Origin: Octopus sinensis
Lineage: Eukaryota
Assembly (NCBI RefSeq): GCF_006345805.1
Contig: NC_042997.1
Location: 32,674,001 to 32,738,000, forward strand
Direction of reading: 5' to 3'
DNA length: 64,000 bases
Shown: one piece after another, positions 13,392-26,928 of the stretch
Numbering within the stretch: position 1 is the stretch's first letter
Layout: each line of letters starts with the position of its first letter
Program-made: the position numbers and the translations under genes
Notes under the pieces: model-generated
Seen by the model: only the letters and a program-made list of their open reading frames with translations
Told to the model about the DNA's origin: nothing
Database searches by the model: none

Positions 13392-16300
13392 ATGTGTGTG
13401 TGTGTGTGTAACAAACACACACATACATACAGAATGCTGATTGCTCTTTAACAGCAATTAATATGCTAGAATTAATATTAGTTTCCAGTTTTGACACAAG
13501 GCCAGCAATTTGGGAGGAGGAGTGCAGGTCATGTCAGCACACTAACTCATTCAAGTCGGAAGAAATATTACTAAGCATTTTGTTCAGCACAGTGATGATT
13601 CGACCAGCCTACTGCCTTATAATAGTATTAACATTGATTGCAAATTTTCACACAAAGCCTGTACTTTCGGGTGAGGGGCTAAGTTGATTACATCCATCCC
13701 AGTGTTCCACTGGTATTTACTGGGTTGTCTGGAAAGTTCGTGCCGATTTTTAAAGGAAAGAAAAAGGTCAATAAATACTTGCTATTACATTTTTAATCAA
13801 CCAAATATGAACCATTTTGTTGCACAATGCGTCTCCATCTTTCCTTTAACTTCAAAATACACTCTTCCCAGAATTGAGGTGGTTTCATGGCAAAGAATTC
13901 ATCAAGGTATTTTTTTACGTCATCAAAGGAATTGAAATTTTGACTATTAAGACTATTCTGCAGGGACCTGAATAAGTGGAAAACTGAAGGAGCAATATCT
14001 GGTGAATATGGAGGGTGGGGTAACACATTCCAGCCGAGCTGCAGCAATTTTTGTCTGGTTCCCAAAGCATCAAATGCTGAAAATGAACTTTCTTATCTTC
14101 CATTTCAAAGGGTTACAGAATTAACACAGGTTATAGGAACATAGACCTTCTTCCACGAAAAGATAGCTTAAACTGTGCTCTGAATGGAGGTGTAGTCAAA
14201 TTCTATTTTATGGACACAACCATGTTCTAAAATAAGTCGAAAGGTAAGCTGCTATAAATTGCTATAAATTGGCACAAACTTTCCGGACAACCCAATATTT
14301 TATTGACCCTGAAAGGATGAAAAGTAAAGTTGACCTCAACAGCTTTTGAACTCAGAACACAAAGACACACAAAGTGCTGCTAAGAATTTTGCCCATTGCG
14401 CACATTGTCAGCTTGCCACCTTTATGCTAGAATTAGAATTTAAAAGATAACTTACCATCTTTCCATTCTCTTGTTGATGGATTAATGATACCAAATAGTT
14501 CATCATTAGTTACAGCTTTTGGATCCAAGACAATTGCAAGAGGTTTCAGCTTTTGGTTACGATGGGTTTGGAGTAAAACATTCCAAACTTGGCTCTTACC
14601 AGTTCCAGCATTTCCAATGATGAAAACAGAGTGTCGAACATCAAATAATTCTTGCAACTGAACTACCTACAGAAATAAATAACAAATAGAGTCTAGTTGG
14701 GGTAAAGCCACAAAATGATAACTGATAATAATATGCCTGTAAGTAAGTGACTGAATATATGATATACATCTTTTATCTTTTAACAGCTTCAATCATTAGA
14801 CTGTGGCCATGCTGAGGCATCACTTTGGAGAATCTTTTTAGCTGAATGAATCAACCCCAGTACTTATTTTAAACCTGATACATCATCATCATCATCATCA
14901 TCATTGTTTAACGTCTGCTTTCCATTAGTGTCTCCATAAATCTTCTCTTTGGTTTTATGTTTACACTATGAGAAGCCCTATCATATCATCATCATTGTTT
15001 AACGTCCGCTTTCCATGCTAGCATGGGTTGGACGATTTTGACTGAGGGCTGGTGAACCAGATGGCTGCACCAGGCTCCAGTCTTTATCTGGCAGAGTTTC
15101 TACAGCTCGATGCCCTTCCTAACGCCGACCATTCCGAGAACTTTTCCTGTGATTGTGATTTGAGAAGACATACAGAAGTATACTACAGATTGGACATAAT
15201 CTCTTCTGGGCAAGAAATGTGAAGTAAAGTTTATTATAAACAACACAAACACTTTGTAATTTAATAGCTTTCAATATGATAACTGCTAAACAGAAATAAT
15301 TCTTTTTTTAATGAAAATTTAATAAAATCTAAACATAAGTAAGTGAAATTATGCTAAATACAACTAAATTGAAAACCTTTTTCCCCTGGCCATATCGGCA
15401 ATTTTGAAAACTTTTAGGTGTGAAGTTTACACATGTAGAAGCTTATTTTAGCAATTTTTATCCTGAAAATCACGTGTAAATTACACAGGCGTGCAAATTA
15501 CATGGGTTTTTACAGTAAATATAGGAGCAACTGTGTTGGTATTTAAAAATTGATACTACAAGCATAAACATTCATTTGCCAACCCTAGAAAATTTGCAAT
15601 AGCTTCATAAAAAATTATGTGGTTCTTAAGTGAGACAAGTCTGTTAGAATTCAGAATTATTTGGTTGCTATGGATAAAGCACAAGCTTATTATATAGGTA
15701 GCTTGGGGACAAAAAGCAGTGCAACTTTTGTCTGAGCAATAACAATTTTGAAATGGTTTAAACAAGAGAATTGTTGGCCCCTTGTGTTCAGAAATGTAAA
15801 CATCTTTTGTGTAAATTACAAGACTCTTTGGTTTTTTGATTTGGTTCAGTAAATGAGTATATACAACAATCTATGTGTATGTGGTGGGGCTGTTGATAAA
15901 TAAATAAAATTACTACATTTCACTACATTTATTCACTAAGCTGCTTACAATCTATTGTGAATTTACTGACATGGATATTTATATGTAATCTTTAATCTTT
16001 TATTTGTTTAATTCACTGGACTGTGGACATACTGAGACACTGCTTTGAATATCTTTTCATATTTCATTCATTTTCTTTAATTTTTTCATCTTAATTCATT
16101 CTCTTTTTGTATTTTAAGTTCCCCGATTTTATGTTTGTATTGTTTGTATTGTCCTATCTATGTATAGTCCCTTGTGGATAATAAAAAATCGACTGCTTTG
16201 AAGGGCCTACTTGATCCTAGTACTTCAATTTTTTTTTTATAAACTTGGTACTCATTCTACTGGTCACTTTTGCAGGACTACTTACTTATGGTGATGTAAG

Positions 16301-18754
16301 CAAACCAATACTGGTTGTACAAACATAACCACACACGTACATATACACACATATATATACAATGGGCTTCCATGCAGAATCTAGCAACCCAATTCACTCA
16401 CAAGGTATTGGTCAGTGCAAGGCTATAGTAGAAAACACCTGCTCAAAATGCTGAAACCAAATGATTGCAAAGCAAGCTTCCTAACTACACAGCCATACCT
16501 GCAGACTTTAATTTGGCTGAATTTGTTGCATCCTTACAATAATAAACTGTTTTCTATAGTAAACATAGCAGTGAATCATTTTTTTTTTTCAGGTACTTAT
16601 TCAAAAGTCAAGAATATTAATTAAATCTTAATAAAGTAGATGACAATCAAATAACATAGAAGTTGCTTTCAAATATCTTTAAAAGACTGACATAGAATTC
16701 TGTAGAAAGAAAATGGATTTCTTTTCTCCACATTATTTTGTCTTACAGAAGCATCCTAATGATTACAAAGTTTTGCCTTCAAGTTGTATTTATTATATTT
16801 AGTTAAATTTCAGTTAATGGATATATTCATTAGCTTTTAATTCACAACTTAGTTTGATACATTACTTCCAAAGCTCAGCTCTTCATCTTTAATGCCTCCT
16901 ATTCTGTAGTATTACACATCCAGAAAACTGCATCACACAATTCTAGAGAAGGTGGTACCACAGACAATTTGAAAAGGGATAACAATCAAACCAATGCCCT
17001 TTTAAAAATACCTTCACTCATACAACCCAGTTTGTTAACCCCCTCTTCTTCATCAGTGTTAACAAGTTTTAGGAATTAGGACTTGAAGCTTACAGCTTCA
17101 ATATTTGAAAAAGTAGGAGTCTATTTGAGGAAAAGATATATACACGAGGCTATTGGATGAGCTCTTTATTAGCAAGTGATATGCACAGAAGCTCTAGCTC
17201 ACACTAGTCTTTACTATATGGCTCAGAAACCTGGACATTATCAAAGAAGCTTGAGAGGCGGTTGGATGGAACTTACACTCGCCTCCTTATGAGAGCTCAA
17301 AATCTCTCGTGGAAGCGTCATCTAACCAAAATGCAAATATATGGAAAACTACCACCTGTATCATCTCTTGTGAAAGGTAGGAGAGTCCAGTTTGCTGGAC
17401 ATTGTTGTAGAGCTGAAAATGAGGCAATTTCTACTCTTCAACTCTGGAAGCCATCTACTCACGATACCAGAGTGTGCACACTCTCCTACCTCGATGTAAT
17501 CTCCAGGGATACAGGCATCCAGCAACAGGACCTCTGTAATGCTATGATGGACCGTGAAGTCTGGTGTAGCATAGTAAATTGCATTGTCTCGACCACGGTC
17601 GAACAATGATGGTGATGAGCTCACACTCCTTTATGTTAAGGTTATAGGAAATTAAGAAATTAGATGCTGTGCCTGATGAAGTTACATTATGGAGAAATGT
17701 TAACTAATTAGTTTTTCTTTCTCTAATTTATTTCATGGTAATTTTATAAAACTTCTCACATTGTATTCTCTCCACTCTACCTTTCAAATAAGGCATCTAT
17801 TTTGTGGGGAGGTCATGGTAAATTTAAGGTGAAATTTCCTCACCCTTACTCTCTCTGACTTCATTTGTGTAATATTCCTTCTCTAAATCAGAGAGCATTT
17901 TAAATTTAAGTAAACTCCAGCTGACCTGAATTTCTGACCTAGTTTCAATCCTGAGTTGTATTTATTTCACTTCACTTAATTGTTAATGTCCCTTTAAAAG
18001 TGACAATGTTACACAATCTTAATTTACTTCCTCTTCAAATGTTCAAAGCTTTGTGTTGAGTTAATAAATCAATATTCCATCTCTTAGACTAAAAGTGCAA
18101 TATGAAATCAAACATGAATATTATGTATTTGTATGCATGGCAGTGTGTACATGTGCATGTATATGTATGACTGAACACATAATAATCAAATAAAATCATA
18201 AATTTACAAATTAAATATTTTTTCATAGTTCTTGATATTTTTTAAATTCTAATTTTATATATATTTTTTGAAATTTTTTTTACTCGTTTTTGTCATAAAT
18301 TGTAGCAACATAAAATGTTCATTTACTTGTAAAAAAAAAAAAAACTAAGCTACTAAGAGTATGAAGATTACTTCTGAAACGACAACAGCATTTTATTTTT
18401 TACCTAAAGTATGATTGGATTACAGGTCCACTGAAGAGATTAATATAATCTAATCAGTTCAGCATGGCTATATGAATCAGGACACTTAATACTCCCATTG
18501 ATCACTATTTACTTGAATATGTGGGAATTTTTTTTTTTTTTAATTTTTATTTTATCTAGTTTCAGCTCACGAGCTGTGGCCATGCTGGGGCACCACCATT
18601 CTGAAAATATTTAATATATATTTAATATTTAATATATATGTTTCTTAATAGGCTTTCTTGTTCATCCTCATTGTAACTGTTAAAGTTTCTATGACAAAAA
18701 TTGTATGAGAACCTGTTGCATGCACATACGTGTGTGTGTGAGTGAGAGAGAGAG

Positions 18755-18790
<36 letters not shown>

Positions 18791-21700
18791 GGTTCACTTA
18801 TAATAAAAAGAATTTTACATTAATCTGAAGGATTACTCTATACTTTCGTAGAGTAAAAAATAGGTTGAGCTTCAAGAATCAAACGTAAGAATCAAATGTA
18901 AGTTTTATAAGTCTTACCTTTAGTATAAAACTATCTTCAGGTTGTAACTGTTTATCCAAAACAGCTTGTCTGATATTTTTCTCAAACACCATATCTCTTT
19001 TACGAGGGACATCAAGGGATGGGAATAAGTCACTTATGAGCCCCATAAACACTGGAAGGTCATCAGTTACGATTTTGGGGATGTTAAAATCTCGCAGAGC
19101 TCTCATTAGTACCTGAAAATACAAATGCAAAAAATAATTTATTGTAGATACAGCATTAAACTGAACATCCATAATCACCACTGCCCCTGCCATTAGAGTC
19201 ATCATCATCATCATCAATTCTTTTCGCAAGTAGATATGATATTAGACGTAGCATCATCAACACCACCACCACCACCACCACCACCACCAGACCCACCACC
19301 ACCACCACCACCACCACCACCACCACCACCACCACCACCACCACCACCACCACCATTATCATCAGGATCACCACCATTATCACCATCATCATCTGCATTA
19401 TCATCAACAATCTTTTAGGTATGATGAGATCTTACAGTGTCCCCTCTGGTTCAGCTTCTCCTGAGCAATCCTCTCCCATGTCTGATAGGCACAGGAGTGG
19501 CTGTGTGGTAAGTAGCTTGCTAACCAACCACATGATTCTGGGTTCAGTCCCACTGCGTGGCATCTTGGGCAAGTGTCTTCTGCTATAGCCCCGGGCCGAC
19601 CAATGCCTTGTGAGTGGATTTCGTAGACGGAAACTGAAAGAAGCCTGTCGTATATATGTATATATATATATATATATGTGTGTATGTGTGTGTATGTGTT
19701 TGTGTGTCTGTGTTTGTCCCCCTAGCAATGCTTGACAACCGATGCTGGTGTGTTTATGTCCCCGTCACTTAGCGGTTCAGCAAAAGAGACTGATAGAATA
19801 AGTACTGGGCTTACAAAGAATAAGTCCCAGGGTCGATTTGCTTGACTAAAGGCGGTGCTCCAGCATGGCCGCAGTCAAATGACTGAAACAAGTAAAAGAG
19901 TAAGAGTAAGAGTAAAGAGTCTACAAATTATATTTTTTGCCAGAGGTTCAGCGTTGCTATTGGTTATCTCTAGTTTCTACAAATTTTTTTCAGTCTAGTT
20001 TTCTTTTTATTTTCCTTTTGCATTCTTCTTCATTTTTTAACATTTTTATATTAAGAAATATATAAGTAGTTTGTATGGCAAGTTTGAAGGATCCATTCGA
20101 ATCATATGGTAAGACTAGCACAACCAGTTACAGAATTAATTCCAAAATGGTTGTTGTCATTGATTTAACAATCATTTTTCAAATTTAGCATGGTTTGATT
20201 GGAGGAAAAAAATCGAATTCTGAAAAATATTTTGAAATCCAAAGTCATTACAAAATTTAAACAGGCTGCAAGATAAGTTGGTAGCCTATTCATGACTCCA
20301 ACTTCATGGTCAAATGTTCAAATATTAATAAACCTATTGTGTTGTGCACCCAACACTCCCCTCATAAGGTATGTAATTCTGATTGGTCTAACTTGCTTAA
20401 CTGACAAAAGCACAGAATAGTAGTGGTCTCAACAAGCATAACAACAATAGTCATTATGTACACAACCTTCACCTCAATAACCATTACCACTACCATAGAC
20501 AAGACCATAATGATGTCAGCATTGACCATAAAGATAATGTCAATGAAAAGAAAGATGATGATGACCACAGTAAAATTCTGCTAGCGCCCATTTGCCTGAC
20601 TTAAAAAAAAAATGGTTCTACTTTTACTTCATGGTTGAGTGTACAATAAATACTATATTTAAAAGATATTCCTTCCTGCATTTACCATTTAGTTTATGCA
20701 GCTCAGAAGATGTGATACAATGATCTGTGGAAAATATTCTTGAAGGAATTGAAGGTTGAAAGTCACCATTGATGGCAGACACAGATATGGAATAAGTTCT
20801 AACAAAGAACATGCTAGGAAATTGAAACAAGTCTTCAACCGTATTGTGCAGCAGAACTTAGAATAAACCCAGATAAAGCAGAAATCAGCAAAGATAAAGG
20901 CAGGAAAAGCATCCAAATTTAGAAATGCTTCTCTTAAAGTTTACCTGTTACTTGCAAGTGGGCATGAATTGGTAGCTTGTACCATACTTTCACAAATTAT
21001 TTTAGGTGTTTACATAGACGTCTTCTCAGCCCTCCCCCATTTTACCCATCAGAATATGTGACATTTAGAGGAAGAGAGAGATGTCACTGAAGTCAGCTGG
21101 TACTTGTTTACAGTTGAGCAGAGTAGAGCAGCATGATCTGAAGCACCTTTATCAAGGACTCAATGCACCACTCCATTCAGAAATTGAACCCATGACTTTC
21201 TGATCATGCGTCCAATACTAACCATTAGGCCATGTGCCACCACAAAAACAAAATAAACAAAAGATCATTGATGTACTAAAAAAAACAAAATAATATTCCA
21301 CACAGGTAAGCATGTAAAAATGGATATAATGCATTATATATAAAAAAAAGTATTATAAATATATAAAAAAAAGTATTATAAATATATAAAAAAAAGTAAA
21401 ATTTGAAACACTAATTAAAGGATAACTAAATCAAAACTACTTGCTTATCTTATCAATTTTATTTCAATACTCCAAGCAAAGCCCCAGTATGGCCAAATTC
21501 CACCTGATGCAACCCATAAAAGATAAATGGTAAAATGGCCTGAGGGCGAGCTGGCAGAAACGTTAGCATGCCGGGTGAAATGCTTAACGGTATTTCGTCT
21601 GCCGCTATGTTCTGAGTTCAAATTCTGCCGCTACGTTCTGTGTTCAAATTCCGCCAAGGTCGACTTTGCCTTTCATCCTTTCGGAGTCGATTAAATAAGT

Positions 21701-24700
21701 ACCAGTTACGCACTGGGGTCGATATAATCGACTTAATCCATTTGTCTGTCCTTGTTTGTCCTCTCTGTGTTTAGCCCCTTGTGGGTAGTAAAGAAATAGG
21801 TAAAATGGCCTGAGGGATAAGTTTATTGAGCTATTAATTCATAGGTTATAAGTTCACACCTGTTCCAGAATGTGATATTGGGCAGGACAGAATCCTACAC
21901 ACCTTGGTTCTTGATTCACACAGTTGTTAAGAAAAGATACCAGATCTTCTACCTTTTCTGCTCTGCATAACACAAGTCCAAACTAGGCACTGGCTTTATG
22001 GACTCCTGTGTTTGTGAAATTTAAGATGAAGTATTTGATTTAGCAATCAACAAATATGTGAAAATGCAACTTACCTGATCTTCTGCTCGATTGGGATCAC
22101 TTCTTTTTAGAGATCCAGCAACAACCAAGACTGATTTGATTGCACGCAACCCCCAATCATAGTGATCCTGAAGACAAAAGTTAAAAATTTGAGGTTAGAT
22201 TAAAGAATTAATAACATGGTGTTGAACTAGTAGAATTGTTAGATTGCTAGAAAAAACTGATTGCAGTATTTAGTTACAACCAGTTCCATTTTAAGGCATC
22301 AGCACAAAGGGTAATTTTCTAGGGACCTTAATTTTCTAAAGACCTAATCTAAGTGTGCTGATACTTGTTATCAACAAATAAATACTATAGGCCCTAATTG
22401 CTATATGCAGAGGCTTATGATACTGCTAAGATGGACCTGATTACAGCTCTTCATGTTCTGCAATCAAATACTGCTGAGGTCAGCTTTGACTTTCATCCCT
22501 CAAGGTTTGATAAAAATAAAGTACTAATAAAATACTGAGATTGATTTAATAGTCCTATAAATCTTCTGAGATATAAATGGGATTGTATTAGCAGAAGAAG
22601 ATACACAAAACATTAAGGTTGGGAAAATTAATGTTAGAAGAAAATTATAATGGTCCTGAAGAGAAAAGTTGAAAAGAAGCAGCTTGATGTTATTGTCAAA
22701 CTGTGTGAGCCTACAGCATAGGTCAACTCAATGGTCACAGTACAAAAATGTGACAAGATAATTATTTGCATTGATCCACAAAATTACTATGCATGAACAT
22801 CACCCAGCTGTTGAGGAAGTTGCTACATAAATAGGCAATGCTACTAAGTTCACTAAACGGTTACTGGCATATAGCTGGACAAAGAAAACTGAAAACTGTA
22901 TACAATAAATACTATATTTAAAAGATATTCCTTCTTGCATTTACGATTTAGTTTATGCAGCTCAGGAGATGTGATACAATGATCTGTGGAAAATATTCTT
23001 AAAGGAATTGAAGGTTGAAAGTCACCATTGATGGTAGACACAGGTATGGAATAAGTTCTAACATAGAACATGCTAGGAAATTGAAACAAGTCTTCAACTG
23101 TATTCATCATCATCATCATCATTGTTTAACGTCCGCTTTCCATGCTAGCATGGGTTGGACGATTTTGACTGAGGGCTGGTGAACCAGAAGGCTGCACCAG
23201 GCTCCAATCTTGATCTAGCAGTTTCTACAGCTGGATGCCCTTCCTAACCACTCCGAGAGTGTAGTGGGTGCTTTTTACATGCCACCAGCACGGGGACCAG
23301 TCAGACGGTACTGGCAATGACCTCGTTCGAATCTTTTTACACATTCCACTGGCACAGGTGCCAGTAAGGTGACGTTGGTAATGATCACGCTCGAATGGCG
23401 CCCTTTTACGTGCCACCAGCACAGAAGCCAGTTGGCTGCTCTGACAACGATCACGCTCAGATGGTACTCTTGGCACCCTACTAGCATGGGCACAAGTGCC
23501 AGTAAGGTGACGTTGGTAACAATCACACTCGAATGGTACCCTTTTATATGCCACTGGCATGGAAGCCGGTTAGCTGCTCTGTCAACGATCGCACTCGTAT
23601 GGTGCTTTTTGAACCCCACTAGCACGGATGCCAGTCATCGAATTTGATTTTGATTTTGATTTCACTTGCATCAACAAGTCTTTGCAAGCAGAGTTTAGTG
23701 ACCAAAGAAGGAAAAGGTACGCATAAGTGGGCTGGTTACGCTCCCGGCATAGGCCACAGGTTATGGTCTCATTTGGCTTGCCGGGTCTTCCCAAGCATAT
23801 TGTGCAGCAGAACTTAGAATAAACCCAGATAAAGCAGAAATCAGCAAAGATAAAGTTAGTTGTATCACTCACATACTCACTTGCCATGGTGCTAAACTAA
23901 ATCCAGAGGATGTGTGAGCAGTTGTTGAGGTGCTACAACCCATGAATAAGAAACACAAGAATCAATCACACCTTACACAAGGTAAAGTAGTTTGGATGCA
24001 ATATACTTAACAACACAATGGAATGGTTAGGGCTGGAATGATTTGGATAATAAGTTTGCTTAATCAGGGACAGCCTTAACCCTTTAGCATTTAAACCGGC
24101 CATATCTGGCCAAAAGTATTCTGCTTATTTTATGTTCAAATTGGCCAGATCTGGTCTCTCACACCAACCCTACAATATCGTCTTAAAAATTAATAGCCAC
24201 CTCATCAAAATCTCATAGCTCCAAGATAATGCATGATTAGTTCAAAACAAAGTGGATGAAAAAGCATTAATTTTGGCAGAATAATGTGAACACTAAAGGG
24301 TTAATGATTCCACAAATGCCACCATCACAAAGAACAGTGCTAACAGCAACAACAGAAATACTTATAATACTCTGAAAATACATACCTGTTTTGACAAAAG
24401 CTCTTTACATAGTTGATATAATGTGATAAACTTTCTAGCAAGAAGCCGAGCATCAAGGAAACCCTCAGCTACCAACATGATTTCACAAATCAACTCAAAA
24501 TCAGGCACAACCATAGCACAAGGTCTGAAATGATGGAGCGAAAGATAACTGAATAATATAAGCAATGTAATGTGTGTGAATGTGTGTACATGTGTGTGTG
24601 TGTGTATTTATGTATCCCATCATTATTGTTTTGATATAGATTGACAGAATTCAACAATGTCTTCTCAAGTAAGATAATCATCATCATTTAACATCTATTT

Positions 24701-26458
24701 TCCATGCTGGCATGGGTTAGAGTATAGCAATGTAGTAAATCACCAGTTTTAAGCAAATAAACAAACTGAAAGGGCAGACTTTAACTACAATTTCCTCAGG
24801 TCATAAGGATACAAAACAGTTCTTAGATCATATGACAAGGTCTCATATATGTAATATATAAAAATGCACCCTTTTTAAAGCCTAGCCATGCTCATGGGCC
24901 TGGTTTCCCGGTTTCTATGGTGTATGTGTTCCCCCCAGCTGGATGGAACGCCAGTCCATCGTAGTGTTACTCATTTTTGCCAGCTGAGTGGACTGGAGCA
25001 ACGTAAAATGAAGCGTTTTACTCAAGAACACGTGTTGCCCGGTCCAGGAATCGAAACCACAATCTTACGATCTACTAAGCTATGCACCTCCACATATATG
25101 TAATATATAGTGAGATAAAAATAAACTTTGATTAACTGAGATTATCTGCAAAATTATGAGATAAACCTTCTTCCTAGGTGTCTTTAAAATCTAAAAATAG
25201 CTCCAATAATATCAGCTATTTTTGGAAAATTATGATGACAGATAAAAATCATTAAAAGTCATTTAAACAATGAACATATTTTAATGTGAAGAACATTTAG
25301 CTCAGTTGGCAACATAGAGAAGTAATTAGTAAATACAAAATGAGAGAGAAAATAATGACATTGAATCAAAACAACATAGGAGCTGAAGGAAGATACTTCA
25401 GTGGAATGTTCTATAAAGCACGGCTGGCAGGCACAGACATGGCTGTGTGGTTAAGAAGTTTGCATTCCAGCCATGTGGTTTTGGGCTCGGTGCTGCAATG
25501 TGGGCAAGTATCTTCTACTATAGCCCAAGGACAAACAAAACAGTAAGTATTAATGACTTGTAGGGGTGGCTAGCTGGCAGAAACGTTAGCACGCCAGGCA
25601 AAATGCTTAGCGGTATTTCATCTGCTGCTATGTCCTGAGTTCAAATTCCACCGATGTCGACTTTGCCTTTCATCCTTTCAGGGTCGATTAAATTAGTACC
25701 AGTTACGGACTGGGGTCAATGTAATCGACTTAATCTGTTTGTCTGTCCTTGTTTGTCCCCTGCATTTAGCCCCTTGTGGGTAGTAAAGAAATAGGTTTTT
25801 CATCAGTCTTAATGTTCTGAGTTCAAATTCCATCGACTTCGCCTTTCATCCTTTCAGGGTCGATAAATTAAGTATCAGTTGCATACTGGGGTCAATCTTA
25901 TCAACTGGCTCCCTCCCCAAAAAATTTTGGGCCTTGTGCCTTGAGTAGAAAAGAATATTCGAACTGCATAAGGCGGTGAGTGGACAGAACCATTAGATAA
26001 ATACTAAAATTGATTTGTTCAACTAAACACGTCCAGGCAGTGCCCCAGCATGGCCGCTGTCCAATGAATGAAACAAGTAAAAGATAAAAACTAAATAAAT
26101 GTACAGTATGATACAAAGATCTTAAGCAATGCAGACATAGACATAAATGACTTATTTGTATTGCTGGAGGTTGACTTTGCCTTCCATCCTCTCGGGGTCG
26201 ATAAATAAAGTACCAGTTTCGCACTGGGTTGATGTAATCGACTTAATCCCATTGTCTGTCCTTGTTTGTCCCCTCTATGTTTAGCCCCTTGTGGGTAGTA
26301 AAGAAATATATTATGTTACTCCCCATAGCATAATGGTTAGTCCATCAAGATATTCTAAAAGTACGGGTTCCTTTATACCAGTTACCTATTTTCGAGTCTC
26401 TTTCATATATTCCCTTTGCATCTGCATCCACACTTAGTTTAATATATGTATATATATA

Positions 26459-26496
<38 letters not shown>

Positions 26497-26889
26497 TTAT
26501 ATATAAAAGTCAAGTTGTGTGTCTGTCTCCTACGATTTAGATTCCTAACTACTCCCACATTTTGCGGTGCAGTTTAACCAAAACCAGGTATCTTATAGTC
26601 GTGATTCATATCAAGCCCTTCTGGGTATTAGCGCGCGTCTATGATGAGTCTACGATTTAAAAAAAAATTTACCATCATTTTTTCCATTTTAATGCATTTT
26701 TTTTGCTATTATATAAGGGAAGTAACTCTCTAAAAATGTCTACGATGAGTCAACGATTTAAAAAAAAATTTACCATCATTTTTTTCCATTTTTAATGCAT
26801 TTTTTTGCTATTTTTTGGCTATAACTCTCTAATAATGCTTATATAGTTATTTCCCTTACAAACCCGAGCAACGCCGGGCGATACTGCTA

Positions 26890-26928
<39 letters not shown>

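Noticed and set aside
15400-15520. Possible pogo/Tc-like terminus (...AAATTACATGGGTTTTTACAGTA) with subterminal repeats
   Set aside because: Only one end was found, so the element cannot be delimited.
15530-17160. Weakly coding-looking AT-rich stretches, possibly old transposase relics
   Set aside because: Hand translation gave no recognisable motif; would need TBLASTX or HMM search.
19156-19418. Poly-Pro and poly-Val ORFs
   Set aside because: (CAC)n microsatellite translation.
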